Positions 58,533 through 64,000 of a DNA stretch of 64,000 nt are shown piece by piece. This DNA is from Negativicutes bacterium (GTDB lineage: Bacteria; Bacillota; Negativicutes; UBA1444). The notes under the pieces were generated by a model. That model made no database searches, was not told the origin of the DNA, and saw only the letters and a program-made list of their open reading frames with translations. The position numbers and the translations under genes were made by a program. The stretch's first letter is position 1, and the number at the start of each line of letters is the position of its first letter. The stretch covers positions 32,001-96,000 of the forward strand of contig CAXXIN010000003.1 in NCBI GenBank assembly GCA_963665275.2, in the 5' to 3' direction.

Positions 58533-59378
58533 TTATCTGTCAAACGAACGACGCAGGCCCGGGAACTCCGTTGCCTCCATCACGTGTTGACGATAAATTT
58601 TGCGGAAAGCCTGATTCTCGCCCAAGCCCCGCAGATACGACTCCACCTGATACCCGGCTTCCTTCAGCCTGTTCTGCCAGGAATCCTCTTCCTCGCCGGC
58701 CATGTCATTGATCGCATGATCACCTGCCACCAACATGAAGGGCATCAATACTACCTGACGGGCTTCTTCGCGCGCGAGCCATTGGAGCGCATCTTCCAAC
58801 GTCCGGCTGCCTTCCACCGTGGCAGTGAATACCGGCAGCCCCTCATTTTCCAGACGTTCCTGCAGCAGATCGTAACACCTGTCGGAAGTGTGCCCCGAAC
58901 CGTGTCCCATCAGAACTACCCGACCCCAGTGCGCCGGCGTGAAATCCGGCAGCTGCTGCCGGAGCGCTTGGACTGCGATCCGATAATCATCCGGGTATCC
59001 CGCCTCCGTTCCTTCATGGTACAGCAATGGCCGACCGATTTTCAGAGACGCAAAAACGCCAGCTCGCCGGAATGGTTCCATCGCTGCAACGAGTCGGTCA
59101 TATTCATCGCCGGGAATAATATGCGTCGGCTGCACGATGACTTCGCGGAATCCGTCCCGACCCAGACGTCCGAGTGCCGCAGCCGGCGGGTCGATCCAGA
59201 GACCCTCTTCCTCGGCGATTTTGGTGCGGACTATGCCTGAAGTAAAGGCGCGACGTACTTCCCAGCCGGGAAAGTGCTCCCGCAGGTCGTTTTCCAATCC
59301 ATCGATATTAGCAGTCCGGGTTTCCGGCACAGCCGTCCCGAAACTGACAACCAGAATCGCTCTTTTCTCTTGCATCAT
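58533..59378 (-). CDS. cbiK: Sirohydrochlorin cobaltochelatase
   Basis: VVSFGT, RAFTS, MGHG, TVEG and PFMLVAGDHA.NDM motifs. Confidence 0.92.
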   Translation of the reverse strand: MMQEKRAILVVSFGTAVPETRTANIDGLENDLREHFPGWEVRRAFTSGIVRTKIAEEEGLWIDPPAAALGRLGRDGFREVIVQPTHIIPGDEYDRLVAAMEPFRRAGVFASLKIGRPLLYHEGTEAGYPDDYRIAVQALRQQLPDFTPAHWGRVVLMGHGSGHTSDRCYDLLQERLENEGLPVFTATVEGSRTLEDALQWLAREEARQVVLMPFMLVAGDHAINDMAGEEEDSWQNRLKEAGYQVESYLRGLGENQAFRKIYRQHVMEATEFPGLRRSFDR

Positions 59379-59387
59379 TAACGCTCC

Positions 59388-60113
59388 TTATGCGGACGGC
59401 GCATCAGCAGGCTTGCGGCGCCGGGCCAAAATCGTCGATAGATAAGTCACATCCGCTGGATCGATAGTCATGAGATCCTCATGTACGACTTCCTCCGCAT
59501 GACCGCATTTGGAAACCATGAGCGCACTCTCGGCGAACCCGTGGTGTTGTAGGCGATCCCTCAGATCATTGAAATTTCGCGATATTTTCATGAGCACCAA
59601 CCGATCCGAGACCGCTAAAACTTGATCCAGTTTCTCCGGACTGATGGTGGCAGGCACTACACTGAGAACATCGTCCCCTTCCACGATCGGCGTCCCGTGA
59701 TGACTGGCGATGGCGCAGAACGCTGTCACGCCGGGAATGGTTTCGATGGGATGACCGCAGTTCGCCAGCAGCTCGAAAACATAAATGTAGGTGCTGTAGA
59801 ACATCGGATCGCCGAGCGTCAGGAATACCACATTCTGACCAGCATCCAGCCGCCCCTGGATGACATTGCGGTTCTCCAGCCATGCGTCACTGAGTTCGCC
59901 GGCATGGTACACCATCGGGAACACCAGTTCCAGCACTTCGCTATCACCACGCATATGTGGACGCGCAATTGACAATGCAATGCTGTCCGCGCGTTTTTCC
60001 GTCCGGGGTGCGATGACCACGTCCGCTTCGGACAAAGCCCGAACTGCTTTTAAAGTCAATAGTTCCGGGTCTCCGGGACCGATCCCGATCCCGGTGAATT
60101 TTCCAGTCGCCAC
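59388..60113 (-). CDS. cbiL: (Cobalt-)precorrin-2 C20-methyltransferase
   Basis: GIGPGDPELLTLKA, FPM, LTLGDP.FYST and LMK motifs. Confidence 0.9.
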   Translation of the reverse strand: MATGKFTGIGIGPGDPELLTLKAVRALSEADVVIAPRTEKRADSIALSIARPHMRGDSEVLELVFPMVYHAGELSDAWLENRNVIQGRLDAGQNVVFLTLGDPMFYSTYIYVFELLANCGHPIETIPGVTAFCAIASHHGTPIVEGDDVLSVVPATISPEKLDQVLAVSDRLVLMKISRNFNDLRDRLQHHGFAESALMVSKCGHAEEVVHEDLMTIDPADVTYLSTILARRRKPADAPSA

Positions 60114-60232
60114 GTCTGTCTCCTCCTCCATGCTGCAAAAAAAAGAAACCTCTACCCCGAAGAGTAGAGATCATGTCAGTAAAATGACATTTTAATCCCC
60201 TTCCCATCGCTCGTGGGTACAACGGTGATCGT

Positions 60233-60397
60233 CAAACAGGCAGTTCTTCTGACTCAGACTCATCGCAGGCCTGCGCCTTCCCAAAACCCATGGTTTCAGT
60301 GGCGTATCGCAGGCAGCTCCTCTTTACAGCGGCGGGACCGCGCCGGCTTTGCACCGGACTTCCCTATTAAGCCCAAACCGGGCACCTGTTTCATATA
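60233..60397 (-). ncRNA. Cobalamin riboswitch
   Basis: AGGTGC...AATAGGGAAGTCCGGTGCAAAGCCGGCGCGGTCCCGCCGCTGT...GCCACTG...GGGAAGGC...GAGTCAGAAGAACTGCCT, upstream of cbiL. Confidence 0.93.
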
Positions 60398-60448
60398 TAA
60401 TTGCGAATAGATTATACCCGAACGGAGCAAAAAAAACAAGGCAACTCT

Positions 60449-61699
60449 TTACCTTTTCCCTCCTGCCATCCGTTCACTTTCAGGCAGGTTTCGCAGCAGC
60501 TGCATGGCAATGCTGCCTACAAACGGGCCTACTGCGAGTAGCGAAAATGCCCAGCCCCAACCGGAGTAATCCAGAACAATCCCAAATAGTTTGGGAGAAA
60601 TGATTGTGATGCCAAAACCTATAACAGATTGCAAACTTAGCAAACTGCCCAAATTCTCCGGCGGGACCAGCTCGGTCAAACCCGCTTTGAAAATCGCCGA
60701 ATCGGCAACTATAAAAAAACTGTACATCAAACCCGACGGAATAAACAGCCATAGGGGCGCAACTGCCAACCAGCCAAACAGCAGCGAACCTATGCCACTG
60801 AGCAGCAAGGCCAGTGTGGCGGTAAAACAACGCCCATGGCCGTCAGAAAACCATCCGGCCAGCGCCGGTGAAACGACGCCCATGAGCAAACAAGCTGCGG
60901 CTATTGTGCCGCCATAAGCCAACGACAGTTCTGTATTGAAGCCTTGACCCCGCAGTGTATGCGTGGCAAAAGCACCAATCCAGCCATTAAATGCGTACAA
61001 TTCCCACATGTGTCCGACGTAGCCGAGTATGATCAGCCACAGGGCCCGTTTTCCCCACTTTGCTCCGCGCCTTATTGCCGCAGGCGCAGGCGCCGTCGTC
61101 ATATCAGCTCGCGGAGAGCACTCATCATGCGGGTCCGAAATGCACAAATAAACCAGAACTGCCGCCGGAAGCGCCCATACACTGGTCCACAAAACAGCCG
61201 ACTGCCAAGAAAATATGGCGGCCAGCGGGGCTGCCACCAGATACGCTGCCGCATAGGAAGCCATCAGCGACCCGGTATACACGCCGATAGCCATGCCGCG
61301 TTGCTTGGCGGGATACCAACGGCTTAGAATCTGGATTCCTGGTATATACAGTCCGCCTTGCCCGATCCCGGCCAAAATACGCCAAATCAACGCAGAAGAA
61401 TAGTCCGTCGCGAATATAGCAAAACCAATTCCAGCCAACCCGGTTTCCACTGCACACAGTGCAAAAGTCAGACGACCACCGATCTTGTCACTAAGCCACC
61501 CCGTCAACATTACCGAAGCGACATATCCCAGCTGAAAGGCGCTCAAGATGGTTCCGGCCTGATCGTTGCTCATTTCCCATTGTTGACGCAATACAGGCAG
61601 TACGGCGGAAAAATTGTACCAGACCAACATCGCGCCAAACTGGGCCAGGCAAAGAATCGCCAACACACGAGTCTTTGCCTCCGTGTGTATTCGCATCAC
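60449..61699 (-). CDS. MFS transporter
   Basis: 12 TM; GWLSDKIGGR motif A. Confidence 0.9.
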   Translation of the reverse strand: MMRIHTEAKTRVLAILCLAQFGAMLVWYNFSAVLPVLRQQWEMSNDQAGTILSAFQLGYVASVMLTGWLSDKIGGRLTFALCAVETGLAGIGFAIFATDYSSALIWRILAGIGQGGLYIPGIQILSRWYPAKQRGMAIGVYTGSLMASYAAAYLVAAPLAAIFSWQSAVLWTSVWALPAAVLVYLCISDPHDECSPRADMTTAPAPAAIRRGAKWGKRALWLIILGYVGHMWELYAFNGWIGAFATHTLRGQGFNTELSLAYGGTIAAACLLMGVVSPALAGWFSDGHGRCFTATLALLLSGIGSLLFGWLAVAPLWLFIPSGLMYSFFIVADSAIFKAGLTELVPPENLGSLLSLQSVIGFGITIISPKLFGIVLDYSGWGWAFSLLAVGPFVGSIAMQLLRNLPESERMAGGKR

Positions 61700-62905
61700 T
61701 CATTGCCCCATTTCAATTGCCAGAGCCATATTCCCCAGTAGCGCCTCTTGCATTTTGGAAATACTGACACTATCTTCATTGGTGTGGCAGTGTCTCTCCT
61801 CAGATGGCGCATAAACCATCACTTTGCTTCCCCGAGATCGAAAATGACCTCCATCCGTGGCAAATCCGCAAACTCCGATCTCCACCGGATGACCCACCGC
61901 AGCCTCCAAGACCCGGTGCGCCTGTTGAACTGTTTCATCGCTTGCGGGGGTAACGAAACTCGGCTCTCCCGCGGGAGCTTTGCCCATAAATCCGTTATAG
62001 CACAGCACATCACGCAGTTCTACAATGATTTTTGCACTCACGCCAGGCACCAGATTCTGACGAACCAGGCCTGTCAATTTGTCCAAAATGAAAGCTTCCG
62101 ACTCGTCGGGAATATTGCGGCAATCAATGGCCAAGTTGACTTTCCCTGGCGTGACGTTGCTGCTGGTTTGATCCGTCGAGTACAAGGTCGGTGCAAAAGA
62201 AGTGCTGCCAAAGAAAGGATCAGCGCCAAGTTTCAGTGATTCTACCGCCAATACCATCCGCGCCGCAGCATAATGGGGGTTGCTGCCGCGTTCCGGCACA
62301 CTGGCATGCGTAGATTTCCCCGTGTAGTAAACATTATACAGAATGCGTCCCCGGTGACCGATATTCAGCTGATTGTTGGATGCTTCACCCAGAATAACAC
62401 AGTCCGTTTTCAGGTGTTTGGATAGATGGGTGCTGCCAAATCCGGCGGTCTCTTCGCACACCACACCGGCCACCCATATATCTCCCGGCGGCAGCAAATC
62501 AGCTTTTTTCAAAGCCGCTACAGCAACGATCTGGCAGGCAAACGCGCCTTTGGTGTCACTGGCGCCCAAGCCCCATATTCGTTCATCTGCAATAATGCCG
62601 GCATAGGGCGGATATTTCCAGACGGACTCATCACCGGCCGCCACCGTGTCCAGATGGCAGTTGAACATTACCGAACGACCCTTCCCTTTCCCGCGCATCA
62701 GTCCCAGCACATTGCCGGCCTCATCTATCGTGACCTCATCATAGCCGAGTTCCCTCATATATTTCTGAGTCAACTCGGCCATTGCAGCTTCATCACCGGA
62801 CAGACTGGGAACACGGATCATTTCCTGCGTCATCTTTACTGCCAGGTTGAGCTCCTGTTCCGCCAACGTCCTCAACTCTGCCATATCCATGTTATCTGAC
62901 CACAA
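61700..62905 (-). CDS. M20 metallopeptidase/deacylase (ArgE/YgeY-like)
   Basis: HLDTV, G.GASDTKG, EET, THAS.P..G.N, TDG and CH motifs. Confidence 0.85.
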   Translation of the reverse strand: MWSDNMDMAELRTLAEQELNLAVKMTQEMIRVPSLSGDEAAMAELTQKYMRELGYDEVTIDEAGNVLGLMRGKGKGRSVMFNCHLDTVAAGDESVWKYPPYAGIIADERIWGLGASDTKGAFACQIVAVAALKKADLLPPGDIWVAGVVCEETAGFGSTHLSKHLKTDCVILGEASNNQLNIGHRGRILYNVYYTGKSTHASVPERGSNPHYAAARMVLAVESLKLGADPFFGSTSFAPTLYSTDQTSSNVTPGKVNLAIDCRNIPDESEAFILDKLTGLVRQNLVPGVSAKIIVELRDVLCYNGFMGKAPAGEPSFVTPASDETVQQAHRVLEAAVGHPVEIGVCGFATDGGHFRSRGSKVMVYAPSEERHCHTNEDSVSISKMQEALLGNMALAIEMGQ

Positions 62906-64000
62906 CTTCTTTCAATACCTGCTCGAAGTCAGCCAGGATATCCGCGCAGTTCTCGATACCCACCGAAACACGGATCAGATCATCCCCCACGCCGTATGCC
63001 TGTCTTTCAGCCAGAGGTATCGCCCGATGCGATGTTTTTCCGGGATGGGACACTGTAGTAGAAGGGCCTGCCAGACTGGGGACAAGTTCAGTCAGCTGAA
63101 GCCCGTTGATTACGGTTCGAGCTGACTCCATGCCGCCTGCCACAGCGAAGCTTAGCATACCGCCACAGCCGCCCTGCAGCAGCCGTTTCGCCACAGAATA
63201 AGTTTTGGAACCGCAGAGGCCTGGATAATGAACCTTCGTCACTTTGGGATGTTTTTCAAGGAACTCGGCCAACTTCAGAGCGTTCGCCGAATGTCTCTCC
63301 ATGCGCACAGCCATCGTCTTAATCCCGCGCAGCACCAACCAGGCATCAAAAGGACTCAGCGTAGGACCATAGGTTGTTCCGACCTTTTTCACCCTGTCGA
63401 TAAACTCCTTGCTGGAAGCAACCACGCCTCCGGTAATGTCACTGTGCCCATTCAGATATTTGGTGGCGCTGTGTATGACCACATCGGCCCCAGCAGCGCA
63501 CGGCTGAAAATGGACCGGTGAAGCAAAAGTATTATCCACATATACTTTGGCGCCAATTTTCCGCGCCAGTTCGACTACAGCAGGAATATCGATTACTTCC
63601 ATCAGCGGATTACAGATGGTTTCCACATACAGCACCTTGGTATTGGGACGTATCGCCCCGCGGACAGCCTCCATATCCGTAAAGTCGACAAAAGTCGCCT
63701 CCACCCCAAACCGGCTCATTTCGTTCGTAAACAAAGCGTAAGTGCCGCCATACAAAACCTGATGCGCCAAAACATGATCACCGGCCTGTAATTCCGCCAA
63801 CAAGGACATAGCTATCGCCGCCATACCGGATGAGTATGCCGCCGCCGCCTCTGTTCCCTCGAGCAGCGTTATTGCCTGTTCAAGTTGTTCCACGCCAGGG
63901 TTGCTGATACGGGAATAAACGTAGCCGGGAACTCGATGTTCATATACGTCGTCGATTTGTTCGAGCGAATCAAAGGCCCATACCGAGGATGCAAAAATGG
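62892..64000 (-). CDS. Cys/Met metabolism PLP enzyme (methionine gamma-lyase / cystathionine gamma-synthase family), 5' partial
   Basis: YSRISNP, SSGMAAI, VDNTF, HSATKYLNGHSD and R.SVGIE motifs; frame open to the window edge. Confidence 0.9.
   Translation of the reverse strand, partial: IFASSVWAFDSLEQIDDVYEHRVPGYVYSRISNPGVEQLEQAITLLEGTEAAAAYSSGMAAIAMSLLAELQAGDHVLAHQVLYGGTYALFTNEMSRFGVEATFVDFTDMEAVRGAIRPNTKVLYVETICNPLMEVIDIPAVVELARKIGAKVYVDNTFASPVHFQPCAAGADVVIHSATKYLNGHSDITGGVVASSKEFIDRVKKVGTTYGPTLSPFDAWLVLRGIKTMAVRMERHSANALKLAEFLEKHPKVTKVHYPGLCGSKTYSVAKRLLQGGCGGMLSFAVAGGMESARTVINGLQLTELVPSLAGPSTTVSHPGKTSHRAIPLAERQAYGVGDDLIRVSVGIENCADILADFEQVLKEVVVR

Overview
Chromosomal window from an anaerobic Bacillota organism, probably Negativicutes/Sporomusaceae-like (inferred from gene content). 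GC-richer core loci lie at both ends: the citrate lyase genes (citE 3' end, citF, citXG, convergent citC) on the left; tRNA-Sec, a cobalamin-riboswitch-controlled cbiL-cbiK-cbiMNQO operon and a PLP enzyme/M20/MFS operon on the right. Between them is a visibly AT-richer, about 50 kb accessory zone anchored at the 3' end of tRNA-Sec (selC), with two parts. (i) A 6 kb islet bounded by a 66-bp selC duplication carries a dead tyrosine integrase, a truncated PHP-ATPase and an intact three-gene operon: HEPN-like protein, P-loop ATPase with an RNAP alpha-CTD-like tail, and HNH nuclease. This operon is a candidate undescribed anti-phage system. (ii) A roughly 45 kb mosaic of short, unrelated, mostly minus-strand gene modules is punctuated by about 20 related hairpins in three families. 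One family is co-oriented throughout and matches the hairpin behind the selC copy. The mosaic holds several duplicated, truncated or decayed modules, a group IIC intron inserted behind one hairpin, an IS256 with an 8-bp TSD, an IS30 remnant and a c-di-GMP-I riboswitch. All calls come from reading the sequence and recalled family motifs; no searches were run.
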